Below, piece after piece: positions 54,912-64,000 of a DNA stretch of 64,000 nt; position 1 is the first letter of the stretch; each line of letters begins with the position of its first letter. Under the pieces are notes generated by a model. The model saw only the letters and a program-made list of their open reading frames with translations. It was not told the origin of the DNA and ran no database searches. A program made the translations under genes and the position numbers. Location of the stretch: assembly GCF_003991155.1 (NCBI RefSeq), contig NZ_CP031293.1. One strand, 5' to 3'. Source of the DNA: Escherichia coli (GTDB lineage Bacteria > Pseudomonadota > Gammaproteobacteria > Enterobacterales > Enterobacteriaceae).

Positions 54912-55043
54912 GGCTTCTCTCCTGAAGAATTTATCTCTACTTATTCAGAGTACCGAACTTTACGGAAAATTCCGTAAGACCGCACCTTTTTGTGACGCCG
55001 ACTACACTATTTCAATGAGATAAGAGGCAAAGACAGGAAAATT

Positions 55044-55805
55044 ATGCCCGATCAAACACAACAATTTTCGTTCAAGGTGCTCACCATCAATATTCACAAA
55101 GGCTTTACCGCGTTTAACCGACGCTTCATTTTGCCGGAACTTCGCGACGCCGTGCGTACCGTCAGTGCCGATATTGTTTGCCTGCAGGAAGTGATGGGCG
55201 CGCACGAAGTTCATCCGCTGCATGTGGAAAACTGGCCCGATACCTCGCACTACGAGTTTCTCGCCGACACCATGTGGAGCGATTTCGCCTACGGTCGCAA
55301 TGCCGTATACCCGGAAGGACATCACGGTAATGCGGTTCTTTCACGTTATCCCATTGAACATTATGAGAATCGTGATGTTTCGGTCGATGGTGCGGAAAAG
55401 CGCGGCGTGCTCTACTGCCGCATTGTGCCGCCGATGACCGGAAAAGCGATTCATGTAATGTGCGTACATTTGGGCCTGCGTGAGGCGCACCGTCAGGCGC
55501 AGCTTGCGATGCTCGCCGAATGGGTGAATGAGCTACCGGACGGCGAACCGGTATTGGTGGCGGGTGATTTCAATGACTGGCGGCAAAAAGCTAATCATCC
55601 GTTAAAAATGCAGGCCGGACTGGATGAGATTTTTACCCGCGCCCACGGACGCCCGGCGCGCACGTTTCCGGTGCAATTTCCTCTACTACGACTGGACAGG
55701 ATCTACGTCAAAAATGCCAGCGCCAGCGCGCCAACCGCGTTGCCGCTGCGGACATGGCGACACCTTTCTGATCATGCCCCTTTAAGTGCGGAGATTCATT
55801 TATGA
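55044..55805 (+). CDS. ybhP: Endonuclease/exonuclease/phosphatase-family protein YbhP
   Basis: 253-aa ORF; recognised family. Confidence 0.88.
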   Translation: MPDQTQQFSFKVLTINIHKGFTAFNRRFILPELRDAVRTVSADIVCLQEVMGAHEVHPLHVENWPDTSHYEFLADTMWSDFAYGRNAVYPEGHHGNAVLSRYPIEHYENRDVSVDGAEKRGVLYCRIVPPMTGKAIHVMCVHLGLREAHRQAQLAMLAEWVNELPDGEPVLVAGDFNDWRQKANHPLKMQAGLDEIFTRAHGRPARTFPVQFPLLRLDRIYVKNASASAPTALPLRTWRHLSDHAPLSAEIHL

Positions 55806-57043
55806 AATGTAGCTGGCGCGAAGGCAATAAGATCCAGTTGCTGGAAAACGGCGAGCAATATTATCCCGCGGTGTTTAAGGCGATTGGCGAGGCGCAAGAA
55901 CGCATCATTCTTGAAACGTTTATCTGGTTTGAGGATGACGTCGGCAAACAGCTGCATGCGGCGCTACTGGCAGCAGCGCAACGCGGGGTGAAAGCGGAAG
56001 TCTTGCTGGATGGCTACGGTTCGCCGGATCTCAGCGATGAGTTTGTCAATGAACTGACGGCAGCTGGCGTGGTATTTCGCTACTACGATCCCCGCCCGCG
56101 CCTTTTTGGTATGCGCACCAATGTGTTTCGCCGGATGCATCGCAAAATTGTGGTGATCGACGCGCTTATCGCCTTTATTGGCGGGCTGAATTACTCCGCC
56201 GAGCATATGTCCAGCTACGGTCCAGAGGCCAAACAGGATTACGCGGTACGCCTTGAAGGGCCGATTGTTGAAGATATCCTCCAGTTTGAACTGGAAAATC
56301 TGCCAGGACAGAGCGCGGCCCGACGCTGGTGGCGACGTCATCACAAAGCGGAAGAAAATCGCCAGCCGGGAGAAGCGCAGGTATTGCTGGTCTGGCGCGA
56401 TAACGAAGAACATCGCGATGATATCGAACGTCACTATCTGAAAATGCTCACTCAGGCGCGGCGGGAAGTGATTATCGCCAACGCCTACTTCTTCCCCGGC
56501 TATCGTTTTTTACACGCCTTGCGTAAAGCGGCACGGCGCGGGGTGCGGATCAAACTGATCATTCAGGGCGAACCGGATATGCCGATTGTCAGAGTCGGCG
56601 CACGTTTGCTGTATAACTATCTGGTTAAAGGCGGCGTTCAGGTGTTTGAGTACCGCCGCCGCCCACTCCACGGCAAAGTAGCATTGATGGACGATCACTG
56701 GGCGACAGTAGGGTCCAGTAATCTCGATCCGCTCAGTTTGTCACTGAATCTCGAAGCAAATGTCATCATCCACGATCGTCATTTTAACCAGACGCTGCGC
56801 GATAATCTGAACGGCATCATCGCCGCAGATTGTCAGCAGGTCGATGAGACCATGCTGCCGAAACGCACCTGGTGGAATCTGACCAAAAGCGTGCTGGCCT
56901 TCCACTTTTTACGCCACTTCCCGGCGCTGGTCGGCTGGCTTCCGGCACACACGCCACGTCTGGCGCAGGTTGACCCGCCCGCTCAGCCGACAATGGAAAC
57001 GCAGGATCGGGTAGAAACTGAAAACACGGGGGTAAAACCCTGA
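55802..57043 (+). CDS. clsB: Cardiolipin synthase B (phospholipase D family) ClsB
   Basis: 413-aa ORF with two HKD motifs ([16 protein letters not shown]); overlaps the ybhP stop. Confidence 0.9.
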   Translation: MKCSWREGNKIQLLENGEQYYPAVFKAIGEAQERIILETFIWFEDDVGKQLHAALLAAAQRGVKAEVLLDGYGSPDLSDEFVNELTAAGVVFRYYDPRPRLFGMRTNVFRRMHRKIVVIDALIAFIGGLNYSAEHMSSYGPEAKQDYAVRLEGPIVEDILQFELENLPGQSAARRWWRRHHKAEENRQPGEAQVLLVWRDNEEHRDDIERHYLKMLTQARREVIIANAYFFPGYRFLHALRKAARRGVRIKLIIQGEPDMPIVRVGARLLYNYLVKGGVQVFEYRRRPLHGKVALMDDHWATVGSSNLDPLSLSLNLEANVIIHDRHFNQTLRDNLNGIIAADCQQVDETMLPKRTWWNLTKSVLAFHFLRHFPALVGWLPAHTPRLAQVDPPAQPTMETQDRVETENTGVKP

Positions 57044-57999
57044 TGAGTAAATCACACCCGCGCTGGCGCTTAGCAAAGAAGATCCTCACCTGGCTGTTTT
57101 TTATCGCGGTGATTGTGTTGTTGGTGGTCTACGCCAAAAAGGTGGACTGGGAAGAGGTCTGGAAGGTCATCCGCGACTACAATCGCGTTGCGCTGCTCAG
57201 TGCGGTCGGGCTGGTGGTCGTCAGTTATCTGATTTACGGCTGCTATGACCTGCTCGCCCGCTTCTACTGCGGTCACAAACTGGCGAAGCGCCAGGTGATG
57301 CTGGTGTCGTTTATCTGCTATGCCTTCAACCTGACGCTCAGTACCTGGGTCGGCGGGATTGGTATGCGCTATCGCCTGTACTCCCGTCTGGGATTGCCGG
57401 GCAGCACCATTACGCGGATTTTCTCGCTCAGTATTACCACCAACTGGCTGGGATATATTTTACTGGGCGGGATTATTTTTACCGCAGGCGTGGTAGAGCT
57501 ACCGGACCACTGGTATATCGATCAAACCACGCTGCGCTTTCTCGGCATTGGGCTGCTTTTGATAATCGCCGTCTATTTATGGTTTTGCGCCTTTGCTAAA
57601 CACCGCCACATGACCGTTAAAGGGCAAAAACTGGTACTCCCGTCGTGGAAGTTCGCCCTGGCACAGATGCTGATTTCCAGTGTTAACTGGATGGCAATGG
57701 GCGCGATGATCTGGCTGCTGCTGGGGCAGAACGTGAACTATTTCTTTGTGCTGGGCGTATTGTTGGTCAGTAGTATCGCCGGTGTGATTGTGCATATTCC
57801 GGCGGGGATTGGTGTGCTGGAAGCGGTGTTTATCGCGCTACTGGCTGGGGAGCATACATCCAAGGGCACAATTATCGCCGCCCTACTCGCTTACCGTGTG
57901 CTGTATTACTTTATCCCGCTGCTGCTGGCGCTGGTTTGCTATCTGGTACTGGAAAGCCAGGCGAAGAAGCTGCGGGCGAAAAATGAAGCGGCGATGTGA
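57043..57999 (+). CDS. ybhN: Inner membrane protein YbhN (lysylphosphatidylglycerol-synthase-like TM domain)
   Basis: 318-aa polytopic membrane ORF; overlaps the clsB stop. Confidence 0.85.
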   Translation: MSKSHPRWRLAKKILTWLFFIAVIVLLVVYAKKVDWEEVWKVIRDYNRVALLSAVGLVVVSYLIYGCYDLLARFYCGHKLAKRQVMLVSFICYAFNLTLSTWVGGIGMRYRLYSRLGLPGSTITRIFSLSITTNWLGYILLGGIIFTAGVVELPDHWYIDQTTLRFLGIGLLLIIAVYLWFCAFAKHRHMTVKGQKLVLPSWKFALAQMLISSVNWMAMGAMIWLLLGQNVNYFFVLGVLLVSSIAGVIVHIPAGIGVLEAVFIALLAGEHTSKGTIIAALLAYRVLYYFIPLLLALVCYLVLESQAKKLRAKNEAAM

Positions 58000-58034
58000 A
58001 GTATAGTTAAGTTCTTTAGTATGTGCATTTACGG

Positions 58035-58748
58035 CTAATGAAAAAACCGCGTATGCCTTTGCCAGACAAGCGTTATAGCTATAGCGGCAAGAATCCCAAA
58101 GAAGCCGATAAAATAGTAATAGAGTGTTAATGCACCTATAAAAGCACAACGAACCGGACTCCATAATTCTTCACTATGGCATTTTCCTGCCAGTTCAAGG
58201 AGCTTATTTCGTCCATGCGAGATAATGCCTGACCATAAGACAATCATTAAGCAACTTATTACCCAAATGGGTCGTTCACTCATTAATGTGGCATTCACGA
58301 TGATTACCAGGGCCAACCCTGTCAACGTCATCATAATGGTAAAACGGTGAGAGCCAGGATCAACATTGAATAATAAACCAGCCAGCATACTGATAAAAAA
58401 CATCGCGCCCGCTGTGCTGAATACGACGATAATGGCAGATACAGGCGCTAAACTCGCAACGACAATCGCCACCAAAGAGATTAAAAACAAATATATTACG
58501 CCCGCGATGGCGGTATTTATCTTGTTGATATCTTTACTTAAGCCATACATAGAAAGTAATAATAATCCTATAGCAATATACATTTCCGGTGAATCATATT
58601 TTGTTGCCGTAATTTCGAGATACTTAGCGCCCCAGGCCAGCCCTGCGGTTGCCACCAAACCCAAAGCGGTAATGAGCCATATGCCGTTTAATATCCTGGC
58701 TTCGTGCTGAAAATCTAATTTATTGCTATTTTGCGAGAATGATTCCAT
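58035..58748 (-). CDS. ybhM: BAX inhibitor-1/YccA-family inner membrane protein YbhM (start at MESFSQNS)
   Basis: 237-aa, 7-TM-type hydrophobic profile. Confidence 0.82.
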   Translation of the reverse strand: MESFSQNSNKLDFQHEARILNGIWLITALGLVATAGLAWGAKYLEITATKYDSPEMYIAIGLLLLSMYGLSKDINKINTAIAGVIYLFLISLVAIVVASLAPVSAIIVVFSTAGAMFFISMLAGLLFNVDPGSHRFTIMMTLTGLALVIIVNATLMSERPIWVISCLMIVLWSGIISHGRNKLLELAGKCHSEELWSPVRCAFIGALTLYYYFIGFFGILAAIAITLVWQRHTRFFH

Positions 58749-58908
58749 TCTTTTAGTTGTCCTTAGAAAAAAAACATTAATATTCACCATCAATAAATTT
58801 AAAACCACGCATACAAAATACTTTTGCATTTATGGATACAGAAAACGCTTCCGCTCGTCCATAAGGCATATTTTATACCTGGTACTTGTTAAGTGTCGTT
58901 TTTAGTAA

Positions 58909-58936
58909 GAAAAAAATCCCGACACATGGCCGGGAT
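58909..58936 (-). terminator. Rho-independent terminator downstream of ybhL
   Basis: On the minus strand: hairpin atcccggc-catgtg-tcgggat followed by ttttttt. Confidence 0.6.
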
Positions 58937-58955
58937 ATTGATGGTGAAAAAAGAA

Positions 58956-59660
58956 TTAACGGCGGTTGCCGAAGATCCGCAGCAACATCAGGAACAGGTT
59001 GATGAAGTCCAGATACAAGGTCAACGCGCCAAGAATGGAATATTTGCGCAGGTTCGACGTGTCGCGGGTATCAATCTGCTCACCCATATTTTTCAGTTTC
59101 TGGGTGTCATACGCCGTCAATCCGACAAAGACAATCACGCCGATGTAGGTAACTGCCCACATCAACGCTTCGCTTTTCAGCCAGAAGTTGACCAGCGATG
59201 CCAGCACAATGCCGATCAACGCCATAAACAGCATATTGCCGAAACCACTTAGATCGCGCTTCGTGGTGTAACCGTACAGGCTCATTGCGCCGAACATCCC
59301 GGCAGTAACGACGAAAGTACTGGCGATAGAAGCAGCGGTATAGACAATGAAAATACTGGAAAGCGTCAGGCCAGTCAGCGCGGAATAAAGCATAAAGAGC
59401 ATCGTCGTTACACCTGCGCTCAGCTTTTGAATCATCGCTGATAACACAATAACCAGAGCTAATTGTGCTATTACCAGACCAATTAAAAAGATGCGGTTGG
59501 TGAATAATAGCTCCATAACGGCCGCGGAATTAGCCGCATACCAGGCAACAAACGCAGTAAGCAGCAAGCCTACTGTCATCCAGCCATAGACCTGTGCCAT
59601 ATAGGTTTGCAGGCCAGTTCGGGTTTGTACGATTGAATCAGAACGTGGGAATCTGTCCAT
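58956..59660 (-). CDS. ybhL: BAX inhibitor-1/YccA-family inner membrane protein YbhL (start at MDRFPRSD)
   Basis: 234-aa paralogue of the preceding gene. Confidence 0.85.
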   Translation of the reverse strand: MDRFPRSDSIVQTRTGLQTYMAQVYGWMTVGLLLTAFVAWYAANSAAVMELLFTNRIFLIGLVIAQLALVIVLSAMIQKLSAGVTTMLFMLYSALTGLTLSSIFIVYTAASIASTFVVTAGMFGAMSLYGYTTKRDLSGFGNMLFMALIGIVLASLVNFWLKSEALMWAVTYIGVIVFVGLTAYDTQKLKNMGEQIDTRDTSNLRKYSILGALTLYLDFINLFLMLLRIFGNRR

Positions 59661-59758
59661 GACGATCTCCTGAAGATATAAGGAATATCTTAAGGATACT
59701 GCAAAATGATGAGGCTGTGCATCGACGCAGCGTAAACGCATATACTGAGCGGTGAAAT

Positions 59759-59786
59759 TGCCGGACGCAGCGGTGCCTTATCCGGC
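59759..59786. repeat. REP-like palindromic element downstream of moaE
   Basis: gccggacgcagcggtgccttatccggc resembles the REP consensus (GCCGGATG...CCTTATCCGGC). Confidence 0.45.
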
Positions 59787-59796
59787 TAACAAAAAA

Positions 59797-60249
59797 CTAC
59801 CAGCGTTTTGCCGCCTGCTGATCGCTCTCCCGAGCTTCGACCCAGCGGTCGCCTTCCGGCGTGGCTTCGCGCTTCCAGAACGGTGCGCGGGTTTTGAGAT
59901 AATCCATAATAAACTGCCCGGCTTCAAACGCACTGCTGCGATGCGCACTGGTGACACCGACAAAAACGATTTCATCGCCCGGCCATAATTCCCCGATGCG
60001 GTGAATCACCGTGACGCGCCCCAGCGGCCAGCGGTTACGCGCTTCATCGACAATTTCTGCCAGTGCTTTTTCAGTCATCCCCGGATAGTGTTCGAGGGTT
60101 AATGCTTTGACGCTGTCGCCAAGGTTATGGTTGCGCACCTTACCGGTAAAGGTGACTACCGCACCGTCTTCATCACGCTCCGCCAGCCACGGATACTCTT
60201 CTCCTACGCTGAACGGCTGCGGGCCGACAACAATTTTGGTTTCTGCCAT
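59797..60249 (-). CDS. moaE: Molybdopterin synthase catalytic subunit MoaE
   Basis: 150-aa ORF; recognised sequence. Confidence 0.93.
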   Translation of the reverse strand: MAETKIVVGPQPFSVGEEYPWLAERDEDGAVVTFTGKVRNHNLGDSVKALTLEHYPGMTEKALAEIVDEARNRWPLGRVTVIHRIGELWPGDEIVFVGVTSAHRSSAFEAGQFIMDYLKTRAPFWKREATPEGDRWVEARESDQQAAKRW

Positions 60250-60250
60250 C

Positions 60251-60496
60251 TTAACCTCCGGTTACCGGCGGGAAGAAAGCCACTTCGTCGCCGTCAGTCA
60301 GCGGATGGTCAAAACTCACCAGCGTCTGGTTGACGGCAGCCAGCAATTTGCCATCTTCCAGCGCCAGCGCCCAGCGATCGCTCTGCGCAGCCAGGTGCTG
60401 GCGTAACGCTTCAACGGTTGGGAAATCCGCAGCTACTTCGGTTGCATCTGTTCCTACCAACTCGCGCACCTGGGCGAAAAAAAGAACTTTAATCAT
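60251..60496 (-). CDS. moaD: Molybdopterin synthase sulfur-carrier subunit MoaD (81 aa, C-terminal GG)
   Basis: Ends ...FFPPVTGG; start at MIKVLFFAQ. Confidence 0.92.
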   Translation of the reverse strand: MIKVLFFAQVRELVGTDATEVAADFPTVEALRQHLAAQSDRWALALEDGKLLAAVNQTLVSFDHPLTDGDEVAFFPPVTGG

Positions 60497-60974
60497 CCGC
60501 TTCCACCTTAAAGTCACCTGATTTGCCGCCACTCTTTGCCAGCAAACGTACCGGACCAATCACCATATCTTTTTGCACCGCTTTGCACATGTCATAAATG
60601 GTCAGCGCCGCCACGGAGGCCGCGGTTAATGCTTCCATTTCGATACCGGTTTTCCCGGTCAGGCGGCATAAGGTTTCTATACGTACCCGATTGTGCTCCG
60701 GCTCAGCCTGTAAATTGACTTCAACTTTGCTGAGCATCAGCGGGTGACACAGCGGGATCAGATCCCAGGTGCGTTTTGCCGCCTGAATACCGGCAATACG
60801 CGCAGTGGCAAATACGTCGCCTTTGTGGTGGCGACCATCAATAATCATCGCCAGCGTCTCGCTGCGCATGGTAACAAAGGCTTCGGCGCGCGCTTCACGC
60901 ACGGTTTCCGCTTTGGCGGAGACATCCACCATGTGCGCTTCGCCAGCGGCGTTGATATGGGTCAGTTGCGACAT
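60489..60974 (-). CDS. moaC: Cyclic pyranopterin monophosphate synthase MoaC
   Basis: 161-aa ORF; recognised sequence. Confidence 0.93.
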   Translation of the reverse strand: MSQLTHINAAGEAHMVDVSAKAETVREARAEAFVTMRSETLAMIIDGRHHKGDVFATARIAGIQAAKRTWDLIPLCHPLMLSKVEVNLQAEPEHNRVRIETLCRLTGKTGIEMEALTAASVAALTIYDMCKAVQKDMVIGPVRLLAKSGGKSGDFKVEADD

Positions 60975-60976
60975 AC

Positions 60977-61489
60977 TTATTTCTTCAAATGTGGATGGAA
61001 ATTACACGGACGCGTACGGGCATCCAGCTGCGGCGCAATGATATTTTCCCATGCGGTACGGCACGCTTTGGTCGAACCCGGCATGGCGAAAATCAGCGTT
61101 TTGTTAGCGACGCCCGCTACCGCACGAGATTGCAACGTGGAAGTGCCAATCTCTTCGAACGACAACATCCGGAACACTTCACCAAAACCTTCAACTTCAC
61201 GGTCGAACAACGGCAGCAGCGCTTCGGGAGCCTGATCTCCTTCCGTCAGGCCAGTCCCCCCCGTAATCAATACCACTTGTACATCGTCGCTGGCGATCCA
61301 CGCAGATACCTGAGCGCGAATAGCGTAGCGGTTTTCTTTCACAATGGCTTTATCGACAACGTGATGGCCCGCTTCTTGCGCCGAGTCGCGCAGATAGTGA
61401 CCGGAGGTATCGTCTTCTTCACCGCGACGATTAGAAACCGTAAGAATAGCAATACGGGTCGGGATAAATTCAGTGCTTACCTGACTCAT
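60977..61489 (-). CDS. moaB: Molybdenum cofactor biosynthesis protein MoaB
   Basis: 170-aa ORF, MogA/MoaB fold. Confidence 0.93.
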
Positions 61490-61510
61490 CTGATCTCTCC
61501 TTTTGACGTT

Positions 61511-62500
61511 TTAGCCGCCAATGTACGATAAGTTTTGCGTAATACCGGTGTTGTTTTGATGCAGGAAATGGGTCTGTTTCTTCTCCCGCAGCGCCGCTGA
61601 AATACGCGCTTCCAGCGCCTGTTGCTGGGTATCGTCTTCCAGCAGATCGCGCAGGTTAACGCCGCCTTCACCAAACAGGCAGAGATGGAGTTTACCAATG
61701 GAGGAAACGCGCAGGCGGTTGCAAGTGGCGCAGAAGTCTTTTTCATACGGCATGATAAGGCCAATCTCTCCGGCGTAATCCGGATGACAAAAGACTTGCG
61801 CGGGACCGTCGCTGCGTTGACGTAATTGGTGGATCCAGCCGCGACGCAGTAACTCGTCACGCAGAACCTGACCAGAGATGTGATGCTTACGGAAGAGCTC
61901 GCTGCCCTCGCCCGTCTCCATCAGTTCGATGAAACGCAGCTGGATGGGACGATGCTGGATCCAGTTCAGAAAGGTGTCGAGCTGATGATGATTAACATCA
62001 CGCATCAGCACGGTATTGACTTTGACCTTCTCAAAACCGGCCTCAAATGCAGCATCGATTCCTGCCATGACCTGGTTGAATTTATCCTGCCCGGTAATGG
62101 CATGAAACTGGCGGGCGTCCAGACTATCAACGCTGACGTTGATGCCAGTAAGTCCAGCATCGCGCCAGTTCGCCACATCGCGTTCCAGACGGTAACCATT
62201 GGTGGTGACCGCAATCTGGCGGATAGCGTCGTTTTCTCGCACAGCGGCGATGATATCGGTAAAGTCGCGGCGTAAAGACGGCTCACCGCCCGTCAGACGG
62301 ACTTTTTCGGTGCCCAGACTGGCGAAGGCGCGCGTAACCCGGCGAATTTCATCGACGGTAAGAAAGCCTTTATTGGTGACGCCGCTCGGTTTGTAGCCAT
62401 CCGGCAGGCAGTAGGTGCAACGAAAGTTACACACATCGGTAATCGACAGGCGCAAGTAGTAAAACTTACGCGCAAATGCATCAGTCAGTTGTGAAGCCAT
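61511..62500 (-). CDS. moaA: GTP 3',8-cyclase MoaA (radical SAM), start at MASQLTDAF
   Basis: CNFRCTYC cluster motif; 329 aa. Confidence 0.93.
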
Positions 62501-62504
62501 GTAC

Positions 62505-62645
62505 ACCTTTCCAGATACGGGAGGCGAAGTCATTTCTTCCTTCGCCCTGGTGGCAATCTTTACGAGCATTGTCACGGCCAAAGCACCGTATCAGTTGACC
62601 CAGGTGCAGAGGCTAGAGTGTTTAGTGGTTAAGCCGATACTAGCG
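62505..62645 (-). ncRNA. Molybdenum cofactor (Moco) riboswitch candidate in the moaA 5' leader; ends approximate
   Basis: Established knowledge that the E. coli moaABCDE leader carries the Moco RNA motif. The leader here is about 140 nt, structured and GC-rich, and ends in a GCCUCCC segment near the RBS. Not verified with a covariance model. Confidence 0.55.
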
Positions 62646-62836
62646 TGTAAATGAGATTTTTACCATCCACACTTTCGCTATGTAATCATGTATATAGCGT
62701 CATGATCGTGCTATTTCGCTACAGAATAAGGGAAAATGGCGGTTTTACTTTGATATACATCATCAGGAAGGCATAGCGTACATCGTCCTTTAGAGGTAGA
62801 AGAAAATAGTTTGTATCCTCAATATTGGCAGGTTAA

Positions 62837-63805
<969 letters not shown>

Positions 63806-63842
63806 CACGAAGCCGGAAGAATATTCCGGCTTCGTCATCTTG

Positions 63843-64000
63843 TCACGACGCGGCAATAAACAAATCACGCAACTGATGCAACTGGTCACGAATTTGCGCC
63901 GCTTCTTCGAACTCCAGATTCTGCGCGTGTTGCATCATCAACCCTTCCAGTTCATGGATCTTCTGCTGCAACGCTTTAGGCGACATATCCATCGGCACAT
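63843..64000 (-). CDS. uvrB: Excinuclease ABC subunit B (UvrB), C-terminal ~52 codons; remainder outside the window
   Basis: Minus-strand translation ends ...[47 protein letters not shown], the UvrB C-terminal UvrC-interaction region. Confidence 0.85.
   Translation of the reverse strand, partial: VPMDMSPKALQQKIHELEGLMMQHAQNLEFEEAAQIRDQLHQLRDLFIAAS

Overview
This window reads as an Escherichia coli chromosomal segment in reverse orientation relative to K-12 MG1655 (about b0835 rimO down to uvrB), running rimO, dgcI/pdeI, gsiDCBA, iaaA, moeAB, fsaA, ybiYWVU, ybiT, ldtB, ybiR-mntR, mntS, opgE, ompX, rhtA, dps, glnHPQ, ybiO, rlmF, mcbA, fiu-ybiX, ybiI, ybiJ, ybiC, ybiB, dinG, rhlE, cecR-ybhGFSR, ybhQ, ybhP-clsB-ybhN, ybhM, ybhL, moaEDCBA, ybhK, uvrB. 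Gene identities come from recognising the translated ORFs and their order from memory; no database search was run. Three regions stand out against this core backbone. (1) A complete IS621 (IS110 family, 1279 bp) sits in a REP element between ybiU and ybiT, with an intact DEDD recombinase and the left-end non-coding region that encodes the bridge RNA; the target-matching and donor-matching guide segments are directly readable. (2) A toxin-first HigB-2/HigA-2-like toxin-antitoxin pair lies between rimO and dgcI, next to a dgcI gene split by a frameshift. (3) A ParE-family toxin, translationally coupled to an atypical 146-aa upstream partner, occupies the rhlE-dinG interval where I expect ybiA in K-12. 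The IS621/bridge-RNA system is the most notable element but was described in 2024; the least characterised item is the 146-aa ParE partner. Smaller features include mntS, candidate Fur, LexA, NtrC/sigma54 and MntR sites, a probable Moco riboswitch and several terminators. All coordinates of RNA and regulatory elements are approximate.
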